From a virus (taxonomy: Duplodnaviria > Caudoviricetes): a DNA stretch of 28,401 nucleotides. The notes beneath the pieces are model-generated. The model saw only the letters and a list, made by a program, of their open reading frames with translations. It searched no databases and was not told the origin of the DNA. The stretch is from IMG/VR virus record IMGVR_UViG_3300014202_000755, positions 1 through 28,401 of that record. One strand, 5' to 3'. The number at the start of each line of letters is the position of its first letter. Position 1 is the first letter of the stretch. This document shows, piece by piece, positions 1-7,487 of the stretch. Made by a program: the position numbers and the translations under genes.

Positions 1-317
1 ATCAGCCCGCCGTCGGCCATCCTGGCGTGGCACAGGGCCATCCAGAGGGCGCTCCAGTGCAGGTAGGAGCGCTGGTCCTTGGTGTCGCCCAGGAAGTCCG
101 GGTATTTCGTCTGGCCGGAGTTGAGGTACTTGGCGCCGGTTGATCGCGCCCGGTCGCCTTTCGACTGCCCGCCGGAGCTGTAGGGCGGATCGGTGATCAC
201 GGCGCCAAAGGGGCCGGCCAGGGTCGGCAGCACCGCCAGGGCGTCGCCCCGGTACAGATCGGCGCCGCCGACCGTTAAATGATCCGAATTGTTAAGGAGC
301 TTTTTTCGAGTTGCCAT
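1..317 (-). CDS. DNA amino-methyltransferase (N6-A/N4-C, beta-class order), 5' part; runs off the window
   Basis: Not in the ORF track. Manual translation from ATG at 317 gives MATRKKLLNNSDHLTVGGADLYRGDALAVLPTLAGPFGAVITDPPYSSGG..., with an N-terminal DPPY catalytic motif. AAGGA SD lies upstream and the gene sits in the mom position after com. Confidence 0.92.
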   Translation of the reverse strand, partial: MATRKKLLNNSDHLTVGGADLYRGDALAVLPTLAGPFGAVITDPPYSSGGQSKGDRARSTGAKYLNSGQTKYPDFLGDTKDQRSYLHWSALWMALCHARMADGGL

Positions 318-477
318 CGGGCGTTTCCTTTCGGAGTGACGCTCGACGGCGCTCGGGTGAGAGGCTCTTGGCCTTCATCACGTTCAGCACCCCACACCTG
401 GGGCACTTGATGGCCAGGCGGCGGTAGTCCGCCTCGGCCAGTTTCCTGTTGCAGTTACCGCATCTGATCTCTTCCAA
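292..477 (-). CDS. com: Com-family zinc-finger translational regulator
   Basis: IRCGNCNRKLA...IKCPRCG, two CxxC pairs typical of Mu Com. TTG start with GAGG upstream. Its 3' end overlaps the MTase start. Confidence 0.9.
   Translation of the reverse strand: MEEIRCGNCNRKLAEADYRRLAIKCPRCGVLNVMKAKSLSPERRRASLRKETPDGNSKKAP
307..355 (-). promoter_or_regulatory. Translation-inhibitory hairpin burying the MTase SD and AUG
   Basis: In the mRNA, GCCGUCGAGCGU pairs with ACGCCCGAUGGC (one mismatch, one G-U) around an inner UCC-GAAA-GGA hairpin. AAGGA and AUG lie within the structure. Confidence 0.7.
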
Positions 478-494
478 TTCCCTCTACCCTGGCG

Positions 495-503
495 TGGTAG
501 GCT
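495..503 (+). promoter_or_regulatory. Putative extended -10 promoter (TGgTAGGCT) for a small RNA
   Basis: TGn-TAGGCT directly upstream of the structured 510-612 segment; no convincing -35. Confidence 0.4.
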
Positions 504-509
504 TTGGCC

Positions 510-612
510 CGCCGTGTACACGGTGGCGGCGCCTTGGCCCGACGCAGGCTCGTTCTGCCGAAGGCGGCCGGGCGGGGTGTTACCGCACCCTGTCCGGTCG
601 CGCCGTTTCTTT
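510..612 (+). ncRNA. Putative structured small RNA antisense to the com leader
   Basis: 16-bp stem 564-579/586-601 whose three non-WC pairs are all G-U on the + strand. Also a small hairpin GCAG/CTGC (544-558), a 12-bp palindrome CCGTGTACACGG (512-523) and a T-rich 3' end. Confidence 0.55.
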
Positions 613-831
613 TCATACCTGGTACGTCACGCTCGCCACGGGGGCGGGTTCGGCCCAGCCGTCGGTCACGGACACCCTGCCGCCCTTTGCCATCGATCCG
701 GCCGGGCGGGCGAGCACTGCCCCGCGCGCGGTGGCCACCACCACGAGCGCGCCCTGGAATCCGGTCACGACGCCCGTCAGCGTGCCCTTGTTCGTCAGCA
801 GCCCGGTCAGCTCGTTGAGCGGCAGGCTCAC
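613..831 (-). CDS. Small tail-module protein, 72 aa
   Basis: Last ORF of the coupled tail operon (ATGA overlap); beta-rich, no recognised family. Confidence 0.7.
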   Translation of the reverse strand: MSLPLNELTGLLTNKGTLTGVVTGFQGALVVVATARGAVLARPAGSMAKGGRVSVTDGWAEPAPVASVTYQV

Positions 832-1124
832 AGCGGCACCTCGATGTCGATCTTGTGCTCGATCTCGGCGCCGCGCCGGATGATGGATATCCCGGTCACC
901 TTGCCGCGATAGGGCGCGGCGTGCGCCGGGTCGCTGGCTTCGACGAGCTGGCCGAGACGGACGCCGGCGCGGTGCCTGATCGCCAGCTCGACGCGGTTCA
1001 GCTCGTGCGCGTTGGCGTCCATCTCGGCGCGGCCGCGATGGATCAGGGCGTCATCGGCGAGCAGCGGCTCGACGATGGGTGTGCCGCTGCGGTCGCCGGC
1101 GCCGCGATAGACTTCGATGATCAC
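828..1124 (-). CDS. Tail tip protein, 98 aa
   Basis: GTG start at 1124 overlaps the upstream TGA and gives VIIEVYRGAGDRSG.... The longer ORF-track N-terminus overlaps the previous gene. Confidence 0.7.
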   Translation of the reverse strand: MIIEVYRGAGDRSGTPIVEPLLADDALIHRGRAEMDANAHELNRVELAIRHRAGVRLGQLVEASDPAHAAPYRGKVTGISIIRRGAEIEHKIDIEVPL

Positions 1125-1633
1125 GCCGCCACCCCCTTGATGAGGACGAGGATCGGGAAATCGGTCTGGCCGTTGATGCTGGCCGGGGAATCGAGTTTGT
1201 ACACGTCGGCCGACACGTTGTAGGTGACGCGCGCGATCGCCACGCCGCTGGCCGGCGCCTCGACGGTCATCTTGTCGGCCTGCACGGTGAGCGCGCCCAG
1301 GTTGGTGCCGAACCATTCGACCGACGACAGGGCGGCGCCGGCGACCGGCCTGGACAGCGTCGCCGTGCGCTCGTCCTCGAAATTCAGTTCCTCGGTGACC
1401 GTGACGGTGACCGGCGCCTGGGCGGCGATGGTGCCGGCGCTGGCTTCGGCAGAGACGATCGAGACGTTGGCGGTGCGGTAGGCCAGGATGTAGACCGGCT
1501 GACCGGGCGTGAAGCTGGTCTGGCCGCCGTTGAGGCCGCCCTCGCGGCTATCCACCTCGGCCGACAGGTGCCCCGCCGCACCGCCGCCGGCGGCCACGCC
1601 GAAGTGCACGACGATGGTGGCGCTATCTGACAT
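1121..1633 (-). CDS. Tail tip/virion structural protein, 170 aa
   Basis: Beta-strand-rich A/T/V/S composition and position in the tail operon. Confidence 0.75.
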   Translation of the reverse strand: MSDSATIVVHFGVAAGGGAAGHLSAEVDSREGGLNGGQTSFTPGQPVYILAYRTANVSIVSAEASAGTIAAQAPVTVTVTEELNFEDERTATLSRPVAGAALSSVEWFGTNLGALTVQADKMTVEAPASGVAIARVTYNVSADVYKLDSPASINGQTDFPILVLIKGVAA

Positions 1634-1642
1634 AGCTCGGCA

Positions 1643-2962
1643 TCAGGCGTCCATGAGCACGAACTGCACCTGCTCGTCGGCGTCGAGGCCGACCTGCCAG
1701 TCTGTCGACTGCACCGTATAGGTGATGTCGAGCAGGCTGTAGCCGTCGGTCGCCGCCGTGAGTTCTGTGCCGCTTGCGGTGACCTCGCCGAGGTCGACGG
1801 CCTGCCACGTAGCTAAGACGATGGCCGCGACCGGATAGCGCGTCCGGGCGCGGCCGGAGACGAACTCGACGACCTCGCTCTCGTTGCGCGCCACCTCGCC
1901 CTGAGCCGCGATCGTCGTGGCCGGATTGCCGGTGTGCACGAGATCGACCGGCCGCGCCGGATTCGGGTAGGCGCGCACCGTGCCGCTGTGGTTGTCGGCC
2001 GAGATGTATTCGAGCGTGTCCGGCGAGCTGCTTGCCCCCGCCGAGGAGCGCTCGTTCGCCACGGTGACGCGGTTGAAGCCGCGTACGGGCGCGATGCGCT
2101 CCGACGACTCCAGCACCTCGCTGTCGAAGAACTGGTGTGCGACTGAAGCGGCGCCGTACTGCGGGACGGAAACCGGATGCCTTGGGCGACAGACCACCGA
2201 GCCGTCCGGCCTGCTCTCGATCAGCCCGCCGATCGCCTCGACAATCGCGCGCGCCGCCTTGAGCGGCGTCACGCCGTCGAATGTCAGTGCGGCGGCGGGA
2301 ACTATCCACGCCGGCAACTGCCAGTCGACCGCGCCGATGAAGCCTTCGACCGCCGCCTCGGCGAGCGCCGGCGCCGTTGCCTCGAAAGTGACCCCTTGGG
2401 CAAAGGGCGAATCGAGCAGCGCCAGCGGGCTCGATGCCGTGATCTCGCAGGCACGCGCGCCAGGCGCGGCGCGGCTCAGCGTCTTGCCATCGACCACCAG
2501 GGCGAAGGTCTCGGCGCCGACGGTCAGCGTGACGGCGTCGCCGAGGGCGACCAGGGCGAACTCGGCCAACTCCAGAAGGTCGATCCGCGCGATCCATAGC
2601 GGGCTGTCCTCGTCGCATGACAGCGACACGTCGCCGACGCGGATCTGTCGGCCGGCATGGATGAGTTCCGTGACCGCCGCAACCGTGTACGTCGCCTGCT
2701 CGGGCAGTAGGGCATAGCCGGTCTTCGCCGACCGCCCGACAGGATCGAGCACACTTAGATCGTAGGCAGCCTGCAGGCTGGCCGCCGCGCCCTGGAATAT
2801 CCCGTAGGGCGCGACCAGCACCTTGTCGATGCGCAGGCCGTACACGGCCTGGTGGCCGGCGGAAGTGGGCGCGTCGCCGTAGGGCACCTGGTGCGAGACA
2901 GCCAGCGGCGGCGGGAGCGCCCCGCCGAGCGCGCCGAGCCTGATGCGGAGCTCAAGAAGCAT
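1643..2962 (-). CDS. Tail tip (hub-like) protein, 439 aa
   Basis: Long ORF in the tail operon. The segment 'PLKAARAIVEAIGGLIESRPDGSVVCRPR' resembles hub-type tail proteins (inference). Confidence 0.7.
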   Translation of the reverse strand: MLLELRIRLGALGGALPPPLAVSHQVPYGDAPTSAGHQAVYGLRIDKVLVAPYGIFQGAAASLQAAYDLSVLDPVGRSAKTGYALLPEQATYTVAAVTELIHAGRQIRVGDVSLSCDEDSPLWIARIDLLELAEFALVALGDAVTLTVGAETFALVVDGKTLSRAAPGARACEITASSPLALLDSPFAQGVTFEATAPALAEAAVEGFIGAVDWQLPAWIVPAAALTFDGVTPLKAARAIVEAIGGLIESRPDGSVVCRPRHPVSVPQYGAASVAHQFFDSEVLESSERIAPVRGFNRVTVANERSSAGASSSPDTLEYISADNHSGTVRAYPNPARPVDLVHTGNPATTIAAQGEVARNESEVVEFVSGRARTRYPVAAIVLATWQAVDLGEVTASGTELTAATDGYSLLDITYTVQSTDWQVGLDADEQVQFVLMDA

Positions 2963-2968
2963 CTGCTA

Positions 2969-3829
2969 TCAGACCGGCGTGAAGGCCGCTGGCGCGCGGA
3001 ACGCCATATCCGCCGCCGCCGGATCATCCAGCGTGAACGTGATCCAGCCTGGCAGCGCGGTGGTGCTGAGGTGCGCGTAGGAATCCGTCGTCGCCAGCAC
3101 GTCATCGAGCTCCCCGTAGAGCGCTGTCGCCATGCCGCTGGCCTGCTTCGGGTAAATCGGCGCCGCGAGCGCGCCAATTGTCGCCGACAGCTTCATCGAG
3201 CCGTTACCGTCCGCGCAAACCGGCGACCACCAGCCGAGGGCCGCCGCCACGGAGGCGCCGTCGGCGTTCTTCGCGTAGGCAGGCGCGAAAACGCCAGCAT
3301 TGGTAAAGAGGCCATACCTTGACGCCATGCCGGCAGAGCTGTCCGCGGAGAGCCGGCGCGAGCGCGTGCCGACGACGACTTTGTGATAGGCCAGCATCTC
3401 AAGCTCTTCGACGGCGTTCCAGGCGTACTGCGTCGAGGCGATCCAGAACCACCCCTCGCGCCCGTCGGCCGCTGCGCGCAGCACCAGCGGCGAATCGATG
3501 TCGCCGACACCATCGTTGTATTGAATCGGCGTGTCGATGGCAATCTGCTGCGCCCCCGTCTTGATGCCCGCATCGTCCCACGCGAGGCCATAGAGCGCGT
3601 TCGCCACGATCTGATCCGTGCCGACCTGGTGGATCGTGAAGTGCGGCGTATCGTCATCCGTGTTCGCCGCCGGCGTGGTGCCTGCCGGCATGAACTCGAT
3701 GCGCGTTGCGGTGTTGGTGATGACGTTGAAACCGGCATCGACGATCATCTGTTTGACAAGGCCGAAGAGCGCCGTGATATCCGTCAGCGTGCCGGCCGTG
3801 TAAGCCTTCGATATTCCGACGCGTGCCAT
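2969..3829 (-). CDS. Virion structural protein, possible receptor-binding component, 286 aa
   Basis: ATG at 3829 in a TAATG overlap with the upstream stop gives MARVGISKAYTAG.... The ORF-track extension to 4672 is out-of-frame overlap with the upstream gene. Confidence 0.75.
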   Translation of the reverse strand: MARVGISKAYTAGTLTDITALFGLVKQMIVDAGFNVITNTATRIEFMPAGTTPAANTDDDTPHFTIHQVGTDQIVANALYGLAWDDAGIKTGAQQIAIDTPIQYNDGVGDIDSPLVLRAAADGREGWFWIASTQYAWNAVEELEMLAYHKVVVGTRSRRLSADSSAGMASRYGLFTNAGVFAPAYAKNADGASVAAALGWWSPVCADGNGSMKLSATIGALAAPIYPKQASGMATALYGELDDVLATTDSYAHLSTTALPGWITFTLDDPAAADMAFRAPAAFTPV

Positions 3830-4839
3830 TATGCGGACTCCCCGTGAATGGCCAGCGAGGCGTAGTCGCTGGCGAGGCTCGCCGCGCCGGCAGGGACCTC
3901 GCGGCGATACCACACCGGGACCGCCGCCGGCACAGTGGTGAATGAAACGGTGTCGCTGATCGCCCAGGTGCCGCCCCAGCCGGCAGACTTGATCGTGAAA
4001 TAGGGTGTTCCGGTAGCCGGATTCAACGGGGCGTAGTCGGCGGCGACGCTGCCCGCTGCCAGTGCGCCGACCGTGTCGCCGGCGGCGGTGAAGGCCGTCG
4101 GGCTGGTGAAGGTGAGCGTCCAGATCTGCTGGATGGCGCCCTTGTTGTGCGCCACCACGTTGCCGGCGCCGCCCTCGTTGTAGGTGCCGGCCGCCGAGGT
4201 TTCGACCCATCCGGAGAACGATCCGACAACATCGGCCGGCTTGAGCACGCTGCTCACCAGGGTGTTGCCTGTGGCGTAACTGTTGGCCAGCGGCGAGCCG
4301 GTGAACGAGAGCGTGGCGTAGCTGCCGCCGTAGACCACGGCGGTCAGCGTCTTCCATTCCTCGCTGCCCGAGCCGCCCACGCTCGGCTTGTCGGAGATCC
4401 TCACCTCGTCGCCGACGCGGAAGGGCTGCAGCGTGGTGTAGGCAGCGAGGTTCTCGCACAGCACCTGGATGCTCTCGTCGTTGGCGCTCGCCGCGACATT
4501 CAGCGTGCCGACGCCGTAGCCGCGCGCCGTGACCTGGTCCTCGGTGTCTGTCTGTGTGCCGGCGTGGACAGTCACGAAATCCTGGCCGGGCGTCAGGGCG
4601 TCGAGGAACAGGCGGACGTTCTGCAGGGCGACGTCGACGGCGCTGGCGACGTGGATGAAGGCCTTGCGCCACTTGATGGCGCCGGCGGCGCGCTCGGTCG
4701 CGGAAACGTCCGGCAGCAGGTTGTTCTTCACGCCGGAGACGATCTGCGTCGCGGCCATGCGGCCGCCGTTCTGCGCCGGCGTGCTGTCGGATACCAGCGC
4801 CGCGCGGCGCCAGACGAGTTCGTTGTCGAGTATGGGCAT
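3829..4839 (-). CDS. Tail tip structural protein, 336 aa
   Basis: MPILDNELVWR...SGVKNNLLPDVSATERAAGAIKWRKAF; G/T/S/A-rich virion-type composition; GAGGA SD. Confidence 0.8.
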   Translation of the reverse strand: MPILDNELVWRRAALVSDSTPAQNGGRMAATQIVSGVKNNLLPDVSATERAAGAIKWRKAFIHVASAVDVALQNVRLFLDALTPGQDFVTVHAGTQTDTEDQVTARGYGVGTLNVAASANDESIQVLCENLAAYTTLQPFRVGDEVRISDKPSVGGSGSEEWKTLTAVVYGGSYATLSFTGSPLANSYATGNTLVSSVLKPADVVGSFSGWVETSAAGTYNEGGAGNVVAHNKGAIQQIWTLTFTSPTAFTAAGDTVGALAAGSVAADYAPLNPATGTPYFTIKSAGWGGTWAISDTVSFTTVPAAVPVWYRREVPAGAASLASDYASLAIHGESA

Positions 4840-4848
4840 GCGATCCTC

Positions 4849-5229
4849 TCAGACGGTGATGAGCCGGATAACGGCGAGGTAGCGGTCGCCCGGCTGCGGG
4901 TTATGGAAGGGAAACAGCGCCACCGCCTCGAAGGCCGGCGGTGTGTGGTGGCGGAACATCACCTGGTAGGCGATGGCGCGCAGCGTGAGCGTGTAGACGC
5001 CGCCGGGGCTGTCGGCGAGCAGGCGTAGCGCATCGACCTGCGTCTTGGTGAGCCAGCCGGAGTCCTCGCGCGATTCGAGGGTAATCTCGCGGCCCTTCTG
5101 CAGCGCCGCGTAGGTCACCACCAGCGAGCCGTCGAGGGCGCGGCGCGCCGACTGCGCCACCGCCTGGGCGGCGTGTTCGTCCGACCAGATCAGGCCGGCG
5201 GGGAGCGTGGTGGTGTCGAGTTGAATCAC
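4849..5229 (-). CDS. Distal-tail-like protein, 126 aa
   Basis: LPAGLIWSDE...RRALDGSLVV...GREITL pattern, size and position downstream of the tape measure gene; GTGA coupling. Confidence 0.65.
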   Translation of the reverse strand: MIQLDTTTLPAGLIWSDEHAAQAVAQSARRALDGSLVVTYAALQKGREITLESREDSGWLTKTQVDALRLLADSPGGVYTLTLRAIAYQVMFRHHTPPAFEAVALFPFHNPQPGDRYLAVIRLITV

Positions 5230-7487
5230 AGCAGCACCATTTGCGGGCTGAGGTTGGACTGGCCCTCCGCAACGTACATGGCCAGGCCGGCCAGCGCCGC
5301 CCCATACGCAAACCCATCAGGCCCCATAGGAGTTCCGTTGAGCCAATACAGCGCCTCTTCGGTGACAGCGGGATTCGCTGGAGCCCCAAAATCGAACTCG
5401 GAAACAGCGAAGCCGCGGCCGGCCATGAAACAGGGGGTGCCGGAGTAGCCGCCAGATATCTCAGCCTTCGCATACAGGGATCCGGTGTCGAGCTTGATCC
5501 TGGTCTCGACCCATGTGTGCAGCGCGCTTGTGAAGCGATCGATCAGATAGGCCGCCAGTTCGGCCGGGGAGCCGTTGCTCCAATCAATGAACGCAGTGGT
5601 CTGCGCCCCCGCATCTCTCGCCGATCCTGCTGCGGCGGTGATCACCCATCCATAACGCAGCCACGCGCCATATTTCGTGAGCTGCAGGCTGATCGGGTTG
5701 AGGCTCTCCACGCCGTCGACGTACCACTTGTATCCATACGGAACGACGTTCTTGTAGGTGCAACGCGTCCAGTCCAGGTTGTTATTCGACACCGACGCGG
5801 TAATTTGAATGTCGATTGCCAATTGTTTGCACCCGGCAACCGATGTCCGCGCCGGGGTGAAATTGAACACTTCCGCCGTGCCGGCGATATCGCTGCTTCC
5901 AAGGTTTGACCAAAAGCGAGCCCCTGCGGGGTTGTAATAGCCCCATGCTTGAGCTTTTGTGGTACTGGTCGCCTGCAGAGCGGAGGCATCCGACGTGATC
6001 GAAGTGATCGTCAGCCGGTCGGAATATGTGCCGTGCGCACACGCGAAACCGTGCTGCGAAAAGCCCCCGCCGTTCAGCGCGTCATACATCACGTCGGAGA
6101 GTTTGTAGCTCACATTGCCGGTGGTCAGCTCGCGCAAAGGCACAATGAACGCGATCTCATTGCTCTCGGAATTCGCCGCCAGATTCCTCGCCAACACGAT
6201 CGTGACACCGCCAGCGGCATACCCGTTGCACTTGCTCAAATCTCCGAATGGCATCCTGGCGACGATACAGGCCGAGAAATTGAAGTCGTTGATGAGCTTC
6301 ACCCTCAGGCGGATGCCAACACTATCGACGATGTCAATGCCAGTCACCCGGTAGCACGCCTTGTACTGCCTGATCGTGCGCACCTCCACCGTCTCCTCGA
6401 AATACGCCTGCGGCGAGAGGAAGGCGGCGGTGCGCGGGTCGATGGCGCCGAGCGGATTGATGGAGCGGGCGGTTTCTGTGCAAAGCTGGCTGGCGTACAG
6501 CGTCTGCACCGCGATGTTGGTCATGGCGAAATCGATCACGCCGGACTGGTGCAGCCAGGTGCCGTCCGGGTCGAAGAAGGCGGGGTCGCCGTCGTCCGGC
6601 GCGACGAAGTCGTCGTGGGTGGTTTCGCTCGCGTGGGCGCGGCCGAACACCGCATCCGGCCAAGTGACGTTCTGGCTGTTGAGCACGGTTTTCCACTCGG
6701 AGAGGTAAAACCAGCGCCCGCTCTGCTGGTGCGAATAGCGGTGCACCACGAGCCAGCGTGGGCCGCTGGCGCCGTAGAGGCCGGGGAAATCCGGGTACTC
6801 GAACCTGAGCCGGCTGGCGTCGAAGGCCTCGCTGCGCGCAACCAGCTCCGCGCCGGGCTCGGGGTCGCCGGCCAGTTCCCACTCGGAATACTGGGCGAAC
6901 ACGCGCGGGCTGCGGATGCGCCAGGTGCCGCCGGTGAACACCTGGTGGATGTGGTTGCGCCAGGCGGTGTCGGCATTCACCAGGTCGAAGACGATGGTGT
7001 TGGCGAAATTGCCGGTGCCGTTCTTCGCCGGCGGCAAGGCGCTGGTCTCGAATACGGTGTTTTCCGGGTGGTAGCTGCCGCCGATCGCCTTGACGCTGTG
7101 GATTACTTGATAGGGGATCGAACCGCAGCCGATCGGCGTCGAAAAGTCGACATTCACCTGCGCACGCAGGCCCTCCTGCGTTTTGCCGCCACTGGCTGGC
7201 GCGGCGGGCAGCTTCGTCGATACCGAGACGGACACGCCGGTTTGCGGCGCGGGGTGGGAAGCGAACTTGCTGGCCTCGCAGGCCGCCTGCGCATCCACCC
7301 GCGCCTGCTGCACGGCGGCGAAGATGCGGATCTCCTCCAGGCGCTGCGGCGTCCAGTATGGGAGCGGCGGGTCGATGGAGACCAGCCAGTCGTAGAGCGG
7401 CTTGTCGCACTTCGAGATGGTGTCCTCGAAGCTCGGCACCGGGCACTCGTAGAAGCGGATCGGCACTGCGGCCCTGGTCGTGGTCAT
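5226..7487 (-). CDS. Large hypothetical protein (753 aa) between tape measure and distal tail genes
   Basis: Uninterrupted ORF coupled on both sides (ATGA, GTGA). Aromatic/Cys-rich. The C-terminal half (about 5230-6350) is visibly less GC-rich. Confidence 0.75.
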   Translation of the reverse strand: MTTTRAAVPIRFYECPVPSFEDTISKCDKPLYDWLVSIDPPLPYWTPQRLEEIRIFAAVQQARVDAQAACEASKFASHPAPQTGVSVSVSTKLPAAPASGGKTQEGLRAQVNVDFSTPIGCGSIPYQVIHSVKAIGGSYHPENTVFETSALPPAKNGTGNFANTIVFDLVNADTAWRNHIHQVFTGGTWRIRSPRVFAQYSEWELAGDPEPGAELVARSEAFDASRLRFEYPDFPGLYGASGPRWLVVHRYSHQQSGRWFYLSEWKTVLNSQNVTWPDAVFGRAHASETTHDDFVAPDDGDPAFFDPDGTWLHQSGVIDFAMTNIAVQTLYASQLCTETARSINPLGAIDPRTAAFLSPQAYFEETVEVRTIRQYKACYRVTGIDIVDSVGIRLRVKLINDFNFSACIVARMPFGDLSKCNGYAAGGVTIVLARNLAANSESNEIAFIVPLRELTTGNVSYKLSDVMYDALNGGGFSQHGFACAHGTYSDRLTITSITSDASALQATSTTKAQAWGYYNPAGARFWSNLGSSDIAGTAEVFNFTPARTSVAGCKQLAIDIQITASVSNNNLDWTRCTYKNVVPYGYKWYVDGVESLNPISLQLTKYGAWLRYGWVITAAAGSARDAGAQTTAFIDWSNGSPAELAAYLIDRFTSALHTWVETRIKLDTGSLYAKAEISGGYSGTPCFMAGRGFAVSEFDFGAPANPAVTEEALYWLNGTPMGPDGFAYGAALAGLAMYVAEGQSNLSPQMVLL

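Noticed and set aside
478-830. A fourth late promoter (Pmom equivalent) upstream of com
   Set aside because: No copy of ACCCCCGACCC-N3-TCCCCCTG was found by eye in this interval.
3830-4672. Arg-rich N-terminal extensions in the ORF track (also 20400-20684, 24674-25264, 25732-26172, 26292-27350)
   Set aside because: Out-of-frame overlaps with upstream genes; the true starts coincide with stop/start overlaps or SD sites.
613-7487. Host-range switching system (invertible G segment or diversity-generating retroelement) in the tail region
   Set aside because: No invertase, reverse transcriptase, inverted crossover sites or template/variable repeat pair was seen.
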